A stretch of DNA of 64,000 nucleotides from Octopus sinensis (Eukaryota): NCBI RefSeq assembly GCF_006345805.1, contig NC_043009.1, positions 44,454,001 to 44,518,000 on the forward strand, in the 5' to 3' direction. Positions 12,390-25,285 of this stretch are shown piece after piece. How positions within the stretch are numbered: position 1 is the first letter of the stretch; each line of letters begins with the position of its first letter. A program made the position numbers and the translations under genes. Under the pieces are notes generated by a model. It was given only the letters and a program-made list of their open reading frames with translations. It ran no database searches and was not told the origin of the DNA.

Positions 12390-13050
12390 TATCCTTTATC
12401 TTTTAAAGAGATCTATAAAGAATCTGAAGAGATCTATAAAAAATCAGTGTCAGCAGAAAAATATTGATATCCTCAGGTAAACCCAGGGCATTAAATGAAG
12501 ATGAATTGGTTAGTCTGTTGTATAGGAGAATCATGTTGGAGACTACTGTGGATAACTTCCTAAAATCCTTAGCTTGGTAGTGATACACAGGGGCTCTATT
12601 GATTCAAGATAAACTCTAGATATATAGAAGTACCATCAAATGGGCCTGTCCAAGATGCATGCAAAGCAATAAAACTGTCCTGCATATATTCATTCAGTGT
12701 TTGGGCATTGATGACATGTGGTGTTATGTCGACTGGTTACCATCACATGTAGGATACATCAGGTTATCAGCCAAGTCCATTGTGATAATTGCTCTACCAT
12801 CATTCCTTAACCAGGCCAAGAAGGCAGTTTTCCTCTGTCCAGTGACTTTACCAAAACAGTTTGTGTAGTGAATAAGGTTAAAAGGCCTGAAGATAGACAG
12901 TTTCCCTTTTTGGTCAAGCCCTCATCAACCTTTTTCAAGTTTCACTTGAAATGGTAGATGAGGATGGAGAGGGAGGGATATGGTGTCTTCAAATAAATTT
13001 ATTGAAAAGTTGTAAAAATGACAGTTGGTGATGGCACTTGCTCTTGGTAC
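12390..13050 (+). mobile_element. Decayed L1/Tx1-like LINE ORF2 C-terminus
   Basis: KSLAW**..AL.IQDKL..ACPRCMQSNKTVLHIFIQC..W (zf-RVT-like cysteine motif); homologous to 6805-7011 and 60905-61500. Confidence 0.75.
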
Positions 13051-14225
13051 TCAGAGATCTAGAGTTAGCTTATTGACCCTGCATGGAGGTGATTTGTATC
13101 AATAATGCTGTGTTATCATCATTTTGTATCTGTATACCATGTATACTTAGGTTTCATGCTCCTCAATTTATTTTTTTTACTTATTCAGTTATCTATGTTA
13201 ACACCTATACTCTTTGTTTTTGTAATAACCACTCGTCCATTGTCCTGGTAGCAAATAAATTGTTATTATTTTTAAAAGCTGAATGGTAAAATCAACCTGA
13301 GTGGCATTTGAACCCAGAATGTAAAGTCAAAAGAAATACCACAAAATGCAAAGTATTTTGGCCATCTGTACATTCTGAGTTAAAATGCTTTCAAGGTTGA
13401 CTTTGCCTTTCATCCTTTTGGAGTTGATAAAATAAGTACCAGTTGAGCATTGGGGTTGGTGTATTTGATTAGCCTCCACTTTCAGAATTTCAGACCATGT
13501 GTCTATAGCAGAAAGCATTATTTTTATATCCTTCAAGATCAAGATGTCAGAATCATTAGTGCATCAGATTAAATACTCAACCACATTTCTTCCATCTCTT
13601 TACATTCTAAGTTCAAATTCTGCTAAGATCAGCTTTGCCTTTTATCCTTTCAGGGTTGATAATATAAAGTACTACTTTACTACTGGGGTCAAGTTAATCA
13701 TTACCTCCTCTCCCTCTAAAACTGCTGGCCTTGTGTGGAAATTAGAATTATTTTTTGTTCTTTTATATTGCTCTCAATGTCTTGGGTACTTGTGACCAAG
13801 GAAAATCTTCTGTAGTGGTGGTGTCAATGGTGGTGGTGGTAGTGGTTGTAGTAAATGGATTTTTTAAATCATTATCTATCATTAAAAATCTATATCCTTA
13901 TTTGTGTATTGACTGCTATGATGTTGTCAGAAATTGCTGAGAAAAGTTATGCTAGTGAGGTTTCCTCCACTGTCTTGTCTCCTCCATGTAGACACCATGG
14001 GCCCCTAAGATGGTTAGGAAAGTAGATAATGAGAGCTGTGGCACATATGCCCTTTCCAAGAGTAATAGTAACGTAATTGATACAGTTACTCATTTAGTCA
14101 TTCGTATAGTTGACAGGGTACTAGTGGGAAACTAGCTGAGAATTTAGTAGTTTGTACCAGGATATTTGTCAAATGGCCCAGTTCACTGAACTATAAATAG
14201 GTACCACAGGTTAAGAACAACATAC

Positions 14226-14251
14226 CACTGCTGCTGCTGCTGTTACAGCCA

Positions 14252-14286
<35 letters not shown>

Positions 14287-14312
14287 TACACCACTGACAA
14301 CAGTAGGCAGCA
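14226..14312 (-). CDS. Candidate 87-nt symmetric exon, Ser-rich
   Basis: tttcctag acceptor and G|GTATGT donor; phase 1-1, compatible with the preceding candidate. Confidence 0.25.
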
Positions 14313-14620
14313 CTAGGAAATCAACAAGTGTATTGTCATTAGCTAGCAGCAGTGTGTGGAGTTTAAACCCTTCCTGTACATACGTGTGTGTGTGTGTGTG
14401 TGTGTATGTGTACATATATATATATTTATTTGCATGTGCCTATATATGTGTATGTGTATATGCACATACATGTGCGGGATAGAGTATGGTCTTCCTTCTT
14501 CTACCAAGCTAATTTGTCCTGGATACAAAACAACTACTAGAGCTGCTGCTGCTGCTGCAAATGAAGCTGATGATTCCAGGGATGTCCCAACAACCCAGTG
14601 GGTTTGTGGGACTCCCTCAC

Positions 14621-14690
14621 CATCAGTTGCTGTCAATAATAGTATCAAGTCTTCTGCTGTTATAATATCATCATCTGCAACCTTGGTCAT
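14621..14690 (-). CDS. Candidate coding exon of an unidentified gene (MTKVADDDIITAEDLILLLTATD)
   Basis: Polypyrimidine tract plus tttcag acceptor (exon start 14718). Donors G|GTGAGG (14621) or T|GTATGT (14470). Non-repeat composition; no recognisable homology. Confidence 0.28.
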
Positions 14691-15709
14691 TGATGATCAG
14701 TCCAATTTTTGCTTGCATCTGAAATATAATGAATGAATGAATGAATATATAGATAAAAGAGAGAGAGAGAGAGTGGGGGTGAGGGGAGGAGAGTATTGGT
14801 GAGGTTTTTATTGTATCAAGATCTTTACTAATAGATTCATATCTCACACTTTATGTGGACAGCCTGTTATTTTTTTTTTACTACATATGTGTGTGTGTAT
14901 ATATATATATATATATAAGTGTATATATATATATGTGTGTATTTCTTTTTCACCTTACACTACTGCAGTAGCTACAATGCACTTACTGCATTATTCAATA
15001 GCTGTTGATGCTGCAATGCACTTGTTTTGTTTTGTTTTCTTTCCTTTTATTTATTCTTTGCCTTTTTTGCATTATTATAAATGTTGTATCCTGTTCCAAT
15101 CTATCAAGTGTCGATAATATTTTTAACTTACGTAATCAGTTCAGTCCGGTTTGTCCAGTATAATAGGTTTGTTTCTTTCCCTCCATTACAGGAGAGTACA
15201 CCTTTTTTTTTTTTATTTACTTTGTTATTGTTTTTTTTTATGCTTTTAAGTGCTTGACATTTCTGGATAAATTAGTTAATTTCTTTCTTATTCTCGATTC
15301 AAATCTTATTATTTTGGGGTCCTATACTGTTGGTGAGTGATATACATATATATATATATATATTTTTTAACCAATGTTTATTTTATTTCATTCAATATAT
15401 TAATTATCATTATTAATTTAAAAAAAAAAAATATTGTTTTCTTTTTCACAAGTTCTGTTTTCATTCATTCATTCTGAATGTCTTGAATAAAAATCACTTC
15501 CTGATACAGTTCTCTTTGGTTTCATTATTGTTTAGCCTTCGTTTAATAATTAGGTTCACTTTTATCCACTAAGATGTCAGATTTATTTAATTATTAATTT
15601 TGTCAACCCTTTTAAAAGAATTTTAATAATCTTAATCACCTAATTCTATGTTGCATTTTCATTCTGCTTGTATATTCAGTCATTGCTTGTATATGTTCAT
15701 GTACTTTGG

Positions 15710-15742
<33 letters not shown>

Positions 15743-16261
15743 TATATATACACATCTGTATCTCTCTCATCCCATGTGTGTATGTATCTATTATTAATCT
15801 TTAGTTCTAATGTATTTTTATACCTCTCTTTCATGTTTGTTTTTAGTCTTGACTTGTGTAAGTGTTATTGATATTGATGCATCAAAAGAAGGGAAAAAAA
15901 ACTTAGATTTTTTTTCTTTTTTGTTAGAAGTTACCATGGCAATTTAGTATGTAGTTTTTTTCAGCATGCTCATGTCAGTAACTGTAGATAACCATAGCTA
16001 GTAAGGATTGTTTTTACCAAGTTGTGTGCAGTTATATTAAGTTGTGATGATGTCCTGAGTTAAGCATTACTAGCCATGAGATGGTCAATTATCGCATGCT
16101 TTCTCAAAATTGAAAACAATATTTCATGCTCTGATATTACTACAACCAGCATTTATAATTAGCAGCTAAATTTTCAAAATCTAAATTTCAGTTGTGAGTA
16201 GCTTTATAAGGGTTAAAAATGACCATATGAATAAAGGGCTGATGTATTGAACTTGTAGCTC

Positions 16262-16467
16262 TTAACCCTTTTGATACCAACCCACCTGAGACTATTACTG
16301 GTTCTATGAGTAGAAAATAAAAATGATCTAAATTTAAACCTTCCATCAAAGTTTATTTTCTAAACACTATCACTATAAAGTAAGATTACTAAGTTTTTCA
16401 TTATTTACAAAATTAATTGAAATAAAAGCAATGTATTTCAACGGAAATATGTAAACAAAAAGGTTAA
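16262..16467. mobile_element. piggyBac-like MITE family 1
   Basis: TTAA-ccctttt ... aaaaagg-TTAA. Confidence 0.75.
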
Positions 16468-16752
16468 GTTGAATCAACTGAGAGTAGTTTTGAAATTCAA
16501 GTATCAGTTGTGAGTAGTTTTGTTGGGATTAAAACTTGATTAGTTGGATAAAGGATTGAAGTATTGGACTCACACCTCCTACATTTTCGATTCGAATTAA
16601 CAAAACAAGTGTTTTGTTAGTGTTTGTAGGCAGTAGCCTGAATCCTACAATGTTCAGTTCACTCGAATGCTGGAAATTGTTCATAATTATCTGAGAGAAG
16701 TGACCACCTATCCACAGAGAGAGAGAGAGAGATTTCTTTTTTTTTTATCCAC

Positions 16753-16972
16753 TTAACTCTTTTGATACTAATCAACTTGAATCTGCCCCTGGATTCATGA
16801 TACAGGCTTCCTGCATTTAAGTGATCTAAAAACTTATATAAAAAATTTATATTAATTTATGCTTCAAATACCAGCTCAACAACAGTAGTTATTTTACTAA
16901 ATTCTTCATTCTCAAAATTAATTGAAACAAAGACAGTATTTTTCAACAGAAATATGGTAACAAAAGGGTTAA
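16753..16972. mobile_element. piggyBac-like MITE family 1
   Basis: TTAA ... caacagaaatatggtaacaaaaggg-TTAA. Confidence 0.75.
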
Positions 16973-17168
16973 ACCCTTTAGCATTCAGATTACTCTGCCA
17001 AATGTAATATTTATTTATTTATTCACATTGTTTTGAATTGTGATCAAATTGTTTATTTTTAGAATGACATTGTAGGGTAGGAGTGAGAGATGGTGTCTGG
17101 TTGATTTGAACATTAAACAGGTTGAATATTTGTGCTGGGTATGGCTGGTTTAAATGCTAAAGGATTAA
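16969..17168. mobile_element. piggyBac-like MITE family 2
   Basis: ccctttagcatt ... aatgctaaagga-TTAA; shares its left TTAA with the preceding MITE. Confidence 0.75.
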
Positions 17169-17320
17169 ACGCAACTATTACAACTGAATGCCAGCCTTTG
17201 GGGACTGTTCTGAACTTTAATTCTTTTATTGGTTCTAAACAGTGAGTTAGCCTGCCACCTAAATATTAGCCTTCTTTCTGGTGAAGAATCGAATCAGGAT
17301 CCAACTTATTCACATAAAGT

Positions 17321-17750
17321 CATCATCATCATCATCATCGTTTAGCATCCGCTTTCCATGCTGGCATGGGTTGGACAGTGCAACTGGGGTCTGGGAAGCC
17401 AGAAGGCTGCACCAGGCCCAGTCTGATCTGGCAATGTTTCTACGGCTGGATGCCCTTCCTAACGCCGACCACTCCATGAGTGTAGTGGGTGCCTTTTACA
17501 TGCCACCAGTACGGGGGCCAGGTAAGGCTGGCAAACGGCCACGATCGGATGGTGCTTTTTACATGCCACCGGCACGGGGGCCAGGTGAGGCTGGCAAATG
17601 GCCATGATTGGCTGGTGCTTTTTACGTGCCACCGACACGGAAGCCAGTCGGGGCGGCGCTGGCAACGGCCACGTTCGGATGGTTCTCTTATGTGCCACCG
17701 GCACTGGTATCGCAGCTACAATTTCCATTCATGTTGATCGATTTCGATTT
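17321..17750 (-). mobile_element. RTE 3'-UTR fragment
   Basis: (CAT)n tail, conserved 3' block and four unit motifs. Confidence 0.9.
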
Positions 17751-18004
17751 TACCTCTCTGCTACTAATGATGGAGAGATAATTACAATTTATTGAAGAAG
17801 CTTGATGAGGGCTGGTTTCCTGGTTTCATGGCAGATATATTCCCCACCTGGTCTGTCACAGGATTACTCATTTTTGCCAGCTGAGCAGGCTGGAGCAAGG
17901 TGAAATGAAGTGTTTTGCTCAAGAACACAACATGGCATCTGGTTCAGGAATCAAAACATTAATCTTGAGTCCAACATCCTAACTACTAAGTCACATCCCT
18001 CCAC

Positions 18005-18330
18005 CACTTGGTCCTAGGTTCAGTCCCACTGCATGGCACCTTACGCTAGTGTCTTTTACTTTTGCCCCAAGTTGACCAAATCCTTATGAGTGTATTTTGT
18101 TCGTGGAAACTGAAAGAAGCCTGTCGTGTATATGTATATATGTGTTTGTGTGAATGAGTGTCTCCTTGTCTTTACATTGTGTGTTGTAAATGAGTGTTAC
18201 TGTCATACAAGTGGTATTCTTTGTTTCCAGTCTTCTGTGAAAATACGTCTAACCATGGGGAAGAATTACCTTACTTGGAAAGGGCATCCGGCCATAGAAA
18301 AATCTACCTCAACAACAAATTCTGTTCACT
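18005..18330 (+). mobile_element. SINE family A head with an alternative body ending in an RTE-like block
   Basis: Family A head followed by gttgtaaatgagtg...ggggaagaattacc...gaaagggcatccggccatagaaaa. Confidence 0.62.
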
Positions 18331-18341
18331 CCTGAATCAAA

Positions 18342-18396
<55 letters not shown>

Positions 18397-18715
18397 GTAA
18401 GACACCCGCTGTTTTTGTCCTGTTATTACTATTATTGTTTTTTGTATTTATATTCGTGTGGCATCGTCCGTTTTTCTGTCCTTGTTTCGTATACATTCGA
18501 TCCTTTTTCCAAGAAATCTAATGCTCGTAGCTTAGTTTTTCCTTGGGGCTGGCCGGATCAGAGCGATCTCAAGATTAATCAGCCGAAATTGCGAATATGA
18601 TCCGGTTCCTGACTGAAGATTAGAGGCTTCGAATGACCCGTCCGTTTTTTTCTGTCGTCTCTTTGAGTGTTTTGCGTTCTTGTCCCATTTTGTATTTTTA
18701 TATATATATTTTTTA

Positions 18716-18761
<46 letters not shown>

Positions 18762-19466
18762 AACTATTAAATTAGACAATACTCACAATGGAATGATATG
18801 ATTCATAAAGATTGCCAGTGTAACTTATTACAGTACAAACTGCTTTATAACACTGTTGTTTTGTATTTGGTTTACATTCCATAGAATTGAATACTGAATA
18901 CCATCCTGGTGATCAGGCACACTGGTTTAGGACTGGTCATGTGTATTATCAGTCCTTAAACTAGCAAAATGTTTCTTAGGGCTGGGAAAGAAAACAGGCT
19001 TTAGTACTTAAAAGAATATAAATAAATAGATGAATAAATAAAACCAAAGTTATTGCAAACTTCAATTTGTACCATTGTACTTGAAGAAGTGTTGTCACTA
19101 ATTCTTTTTTAATGACCTCCCATTAAACCTTTCTTTTCTGTTTTTCTTCCCCCCACCTTTTTTTGTGTGTGTGAACTGTTTGGTATTCAGAGAAAAGGGT
19201 GGTCATCCATTGTTCGAGGGTACTTTCTTTCCTGGGTACATTTTCAGTACAGTAGTTGGGTGAGAGTGATGGAGTGGATTATTTTGTTTAAAATCTAGTA
19301 AGTCACTAAGGGGCAAAGAAAGAATACAATGAAGTTTAACTCCTTTGTTATGAACCCACCTGAAACTGCCCTTGTTCCTTATGATACAAGCATTCACTAT
19401 TTTAAAGTGGTCTAAATGAAAGCCTTTCATCAAAATTTCAAGTCAATTTATATTCCAAATACCACC

Positions 19467-19793
19467 TTAACCCCTTAGTATTTAAACTGGCCATATCTGG
19501 CCTGAATATTCTACCTGTCTCATGTTCAGACCAGCTAGGTCTGGCCTCTCATACCTTATCCTATCATGTCATTCTAAAAATACACAATCACATCATTAAA
19601 ATCTCAAAGCCATGAGATGATGAATGATAAATTTAAAACAATATGAATGAATAAACATTACATTTGACAGAAGAAACTGAATGCTGAAAGGTTAACAATA
19701 ACCAAGTGATTTTATTCAGTTCTTTATTAATATCGAAATTGATTTAGATAAAGGTAGGATATTTCAGCAGAAATCTGGCAACAAAAGGGTTAA
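19467..19793. mobile_element. piggyBac-like MITE family 2 (19467-19695) plus family 1 remnant
   Basis: TTAA-cccc..., joined at TTAA 19692-95; the remnant ends caacaaaaggg-TTAA. Confidence 0.7.
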
Positions 19794-19802
19794 TGAGAAT
19801 TT

Positions 19803-19990
19803 TGGACAGACACAGGAGTAGCTTTGTGGGAAGTATCTTGCTTATGAACCACATGGTCTGGGTTCAGTCCCACTGCGTGGCACCTTGGGCAAGTGTCTTC
19901 TATTATAGCCTCGGCCGACCAAAGCCTTGTGAGTGGATTTGGCAGATGGAAACTGAAAGAAGCCTGTCGTATATATGTATATGTATTGAA
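19803..19990 (+). mobile_element. SINE family A, 5' half
   Basis: Head motif up to the central (TA)n. Confidence 0.8.
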
Positions 19991-20384
19991 TAATATATAT
20001 TTATTCTTTGTTGTTTTTATATTGTATTTTGGTTAGTTTTCTGTCATATGGTTCTTTTGTTCTCAGGTTGTGCATGCCTGAGATGAGTTAAGGTGATGTT
20101 AAGGTGTTATTTTTAGCGAAGATTTTTAGTTACATGTACTTATCATTGTCTTGAATTGAATGTCTGTGTTTGTGGAGAAATAGAAATAGTAGGAAAGAGG
20201 GAAATGAGGTGAGATAATGTGTGTGTGAGAGAGAGAAAGAAAGAAATAGGCATTGGTCAGCCTGAGGCACCAGGCCAAAGACATCACACAGTAGGATTGA
20301 ACCCAGAACCATGTGTTTTACAAATTGTTCTATCAATTACATCATGGTGCTACCTATCTACCCACCTTCCTACCTACCTATATG

Positions 20385-20717
20385 TAACTTAACTGGCACT
20401 CTGTTGGTTATAAGGACGAGGGTTCCAGTTGATCCAATCAACAGAACAGCCTGCTTGTGAAACTAACATGCAAGTGGCTGAGTACTTCACAGACATATTT
20501 ACTCTTAACATAAGTTCTCAAGGAGATTCAGCATGACACAAACTGTGATAAAACCTGGCCTTTTGAAATAATACAAGCACAGCTCATTTTGGCCAGCCGA
20601 ATCAACTAGAGCAACATGAAATAAAGTATCCTGCTCAAGGTCACAACACACCACTGGGAATTGAACTCATGAACTCATAATTGTGAGTGAATACTCCTAG
20701 CCATTAAACCACATGCC

Positions 20718-20720
<3 letters not shown>
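20385..20720 (-). mobile_element. SINE family C, near full length
   Basis: gttgatccaatcaacagaacagcctgc...gctcaagg...aaccacatgccttcac. Confidence 0.8.
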
Positions 20721-20759
<39 letters not shown>

Positions 20760-21196
20760 TGGCCTTCATTAGCATATCAATCAAAATGCTTGGAAATATT
20801 TTTTTTTTGGCTGTTCTGAGTTTGTCTTTTTGCAGGGTAGATAAAATAAATAGCTTTTGAACACTGGGGTTGATGTAATCGCCTGTCCCCCACCTCCCAA
20901 AATTTCAGTTTCTATCTTTTTTTTTCTTTGATTCTTTATGCCTTTAATTTTGGCTCATATCTCTGTGTATTTCAATGTTATCATTGTCATCAGATGTTAA
21001 TTCTCTTCATCTCCTACCCCCACTCACTGTTGCTTTAGCTTTCTCTTTCTTTCTCTTCTTCTCTTTGTCTTTCTTATCACCTTTCTTTAGTTTGTTACTG
21101 TTGAGGTCAGATCTTTAGTTCAGATCTGGCACACACACACACACTGATATACTTGTATACACACACATTCTCTCTCCCTCCTCTACACCCTAAAAT

Positions 21197-21240
<44 letters not shown>

Positions 21241-21676
21241 TGGCCTTCATTAACATATCAATCAAAATGCTTGGAAATATTTTTTTTTGGCTGTTCTGAG
21301 TTTGTCTTTTTGCAGGGTAGATAAAATAAATAGCTTTTGAACACTGGGGTTGATGTAATCGCCTGTCCCCCACCTCCCAAAATTTCAGTTTCTATCTTTT
21401 TTTTTCTTTGATTCTTTATGCCTTTAATTTTGGCTCATATCTCTGTGTATTTCAATGTTATCATTGTCATCAGATGTTAATTCTCTTCATCTCCTACCCC
21501 CACTCACTGTTGCTTTAGCTTTCTCTTTCTTTCTCTTCTTCTCTTTGTCTTTCTTATCACCTTTCTTTAGTTTGTTACTGTTGAGGTCAGATCTTTAGTT
21601 CAGATCTGGCACACACACACACACTGATATACTTGTATACACACACATTCTCTCTCCCTCCTCTACACCCTAAAAT

Positions 21677-21727
<51 letters not shown>
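20721..21727. repeat. ~480-bp tandem duplication bounded by three (CA)n tracts
   Basis: Sequence at 21181 recurs at 21661; the copies differ by about one substitution plus homopolymer/microsatellite length. Confidence 0.95.
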
Positions 21728-21728
<1 letters not shown>

Positions 21729-22004
21729 ATAGATTTTATGGATGAATGTCCAACAGCCTTATAGCTATACAGATGATTTATTTGTCCCATACAGATGATT
21801 TATTTTCAGTGGTGAAAGCTTTTGTATGACCATCCACATTTTGGGGAAAAGCTGATAACAAAGTCTCTGCAAATGTTTAACCACAAGGTTGATGAACAAC
21901 ATACCTCAGATTTTTCTATTAGTTTTCCACTTCTTAGGTTAATTACATTCTCCATGGCTTTAGAGTCCACACAGGTAGGCTAAATATGTACCTGGGTACG
22001 AAAC

Positions 22005-22022
<18 letters not shown>

Positions 22023-22044
<22 letters not shown>

Positions 22045-22222
22045 AAGGTGCATGGCCCAGTGGTTAGAGTGTCAAGCTTACAATCGTGAGGTTGTGAGTT
22101 CAAATCCCAGACCAGGCTGCGTGTTGTGTTCTTGAGCAACACACTTTATTTCACGTTGCACCAGTTCACTCAGTTGTAAAAATGAGTTACGACATGACAG
22201 GTGCCAAGCTGTATTGGCCTTT
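22023..22222 (+). mobile_element. SINE family C
   Basis: A-box-like tggcccagtgg, B-box-like gagttcaaatcc, then gtgttcttgagcaacacacttt. Confidence 0.85.
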
Positions 22223-22941
22223 GCAGTTCCATTTTAAGATATTAGTAGATTGAGAAGTTCAAGAGTAGAGGGCTCATGGATATAAGGGATCCAATACTAA
22301 TCTATGTGTGCTGTTGATTTATAAATACTGCAGGTCCCAGGGCATTGGTTTGCTGGAGAATCTAAAATGCAGTTATAATGGCCCTGGGTGAGAGGAAAAA
22401 AATGCTAAGTGGTAAAAGAGGGGAAAAATGATTTCAGTAAAGCATCATGGTAAATGGGAGACTGGAAGTGGGTGGAGTTAAAGTCAGTAGAATGGTGGTT
22501 TGTCACCTTTTGGTCACTACTGTTCCTGTGAGGTGATAGTGGTGGACTCTCCTATCAAGAACTATGTATGAATATCTAGTGGTTTGCACACTCCCTCTCA
22601 CCCCTGTAGATGACAATGATGGACTCTGCCATCATAAATATCAGACAACATGAATGTCTATTTTTTTTTTTATCAAACTATTCCTTGAATTAGCATGTCA
22701 AGTGGCTGTGTATTCCCCAGACATGTCCCCTTAATGTAATTCTTACTGCATGTGACCAGGGTGGGCCTTTAGCTTGCAGGTATAATCCACCTAATAAGCC
22801 TCTGTGCAGGTTCCATTTTCCTAATTTCACTCACAAGGCTTGGATTCATTGGAGACAATGGTAAAGACATTTTCCCAAGATACTGTGCTGCAGGATCAAA
22901 CCTGTGCAAAATAAGCTTCTTAAGCATTACCCCATGCCTAC

Positions 22942-22972
<31 letters not shown>

Positions 22973-23153
22973 CGCCAAGCAACAGTGTGGTGTGTAAATT
23001 GTGATAGGAGTTTGAAGTCCATGTTACCATGCATAGAACACATGTGTTATATTAACATATTTAACACACTGTTACTTGTTGAGCACGTACAGAACATGCC
23101 TTATTTTTAATTGAAAAAGTACAAACAATACAAAACAAAAGCATATTACACCC

Positions 23154-23187
<34 letters not shown>

Positions 23188-23715
23188 ATGTGAGTGTTTT
23201 TGTGTGTGTATGCAATATATATATATATATATAATATATATATATATTTACACACACACACACACATACACATATCTATTTAAATGATAAATATTTCTTT
23301 ATCTTACACACTAGTGTAACATATAAGAGATAAAATACTTGATCTTTCATGATCAGGATAATCAACAAGTGATCAATTTGATAGATAGATAATCTGTTTT
23401 CTTGACTTCAAGCAGTTTAGAGGCTAGAGATAGGAATGGATCTTGTGACATTCATGCATTTCCAAAAGACATTATCAGATTTAATTGAAACTGATACAGC
23501 TGGGAATTCTGGTTTAAGTTTATCAGGAGTTTACAACTTCCTCAAATGTGTGCACTTTTGTTAAACGGAGGCTTTAGCCAGAATATTGCCTGCAAACAAA
23601 ACACTTGCCAATTACATACTGTATTTTCTGACATGCAAGCTGAATTTTTCAGACCAAAATTTACAGGAAAAAAAAAAGAAAAGAAAAAAAAGGTAGATTG
23701 ACTTATATGCTAAGA

Positions 23716-24085
23716 TCAAAATCAAAATCGATCAACATCAATGGAAATTGCAGCTGTGATACCAGTGCCGGTGGCATGTAAGTGAACCATCCGAACGTGG
23801 CCGTTGCCAGCGCCGTCCCTACGGGCATCTGTGCCGGTGGCACGTAAAAAGCACCATCCGATTGTGGCCGTTGCCAGCCCTGTCAGGCACCTGTGCCAGT
23901 GGCACGTAAAAAACACCCACTACACACACGGAGTGGTTGGCGTTAGGAAAGGCATCCAGCCGTAGAAACATTGCCAGATCAGACTGGACCTGGTGCAGCC
24001 TTCTGGCTTCCCAGACCCCAGTTGAACCGTCCAACCCATGCTAGCATGGAAAGCGGACGCTAAATGATGATGATGATGATGATGA
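23716..24085 (+). mobile_element. RTE 3'-UTR fragment
   Basis: Ends in gaaagcggacgctaaatgatgatgat; three unit motifs. Confidence 0.9.
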
Positions 24086-24831
24086 CTTTGTAGAATCAAA
24101 AATTCCTTGTGAAATGCAGCAGGTTTTGGAAAGATAGTGGTGATGTTTGAATGTTTACACTACGTACTATACGATGTTGACTTGTATGCTGGGATATATG
24201 GTACTACGTAAAAAGTAAACTGGCAAAGTTGTTAGAATATCAGACAAAATATCTTGTATTTTTTCTGGCTTTGCTTCTAAGTTCAAATCTCACCATGGGT
24301 GCTTGGGTGATAGACTCAATCCATCACTAAGTTCAACAGCATCACATGGCACTTTGAGTGCCTTTAGTGGAGTCTATTCTGTTACAAACACTTAGGTCAG
24401 GCTACCAATACGAAACTAACTTCCTCCTAACACTCTAAGAGCCCCTGTAAAAGGTCACAAGCACTGCACTTCTCTTGACTGAGCAACAAGAAGAAAAAAA
24501 AGTTTAAAAAATTAAAAAATGGCATTACTTCCATCTGTCTTTCAGCATAGTGCTATGCAGTGGCTGTTTTGGAGCAGAAGGTGACAGAAAATTAATAATC
24601 TATTATTATTATTAAAGGTAGTGAGCTGACAAATTTGTTAGCACAATTACTAGTATTCTGTCCGTCTTAATGTTCTGAGTTCAAATTCCACCAAGGTTGT
24701 CTACGCCTTTCATCCTCTAAGGATTAATAAATTAAGTACCAGTGTAACACTGGGGTTGATGTAACTGACGAATCCTCTCCCCCAAAACCATGTAGTTGGG
24801 AAGGAAGCTTCTTACTACACAGCCACATAAT

Positions 24832-25045
24832 ACTCTCTTTACTCTTTTACTTGCTTCAGTCATTTGACTGCGGCCATGCTGGGGCACCACCTTTAATTGA
24901 GCAACTCGAACCCGGGATTTATTCTTTTGTAAGCCCAGTACTTATTCTATCGGTCTCTTTTGCCGAACCGCTAAGTGACGAGGACATAAACACACCAGCA
25001 TCGGTTGTCAAGCAATGCTAGGGAGACAAACACAGACACACACAA

Positions 25046-25119
<74 letters not shown>

Positions 25120-25285
25120 TACAACAGGCTTCTTTCAGTTTCTGTCTACCAAATCCACTCACAAGGCTTTGGTCGGCCCGAGGCTATAGCAGAAGACACT
25201 TGCCCAAGATGCCACACAGTGGGACTGAACCCGGAACCATGTGATTGGTAGACAAGCTACTTACCACACAGCCACTCCTGCGCCT
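24832..25285 (-). mobile_element. SINE family A, full length, young
   Basis: CpG-retaining copy with a long internal (TA)n. Confidence 0.92.

Noticed and set aside
14356-14736. Plus-strand 126-aa ORF over the candidate exon
   Set aside because: It begins in microsatellite with no credible acceptor; it mirrors the minus-strand frame, which has the better splice signals.
14958-15030. CTACAATGCAC / CAATGCAC motifs complementary to the miR-33 5' end (GTGCATTGTAG on the minus strand)
   Set aside because: The match stops at 11 nt, there is no pre-miRNA-length stem, and there is no evidence the plus strand is a 3' UTR; chance is plausible.
22023-22110. tRNA-like sequences at SINE heads
   Set aside because: They run directly into SINE bodies and lack a complete cloverleaf, so they are treated as SINE promoters rather than tRNA genes.
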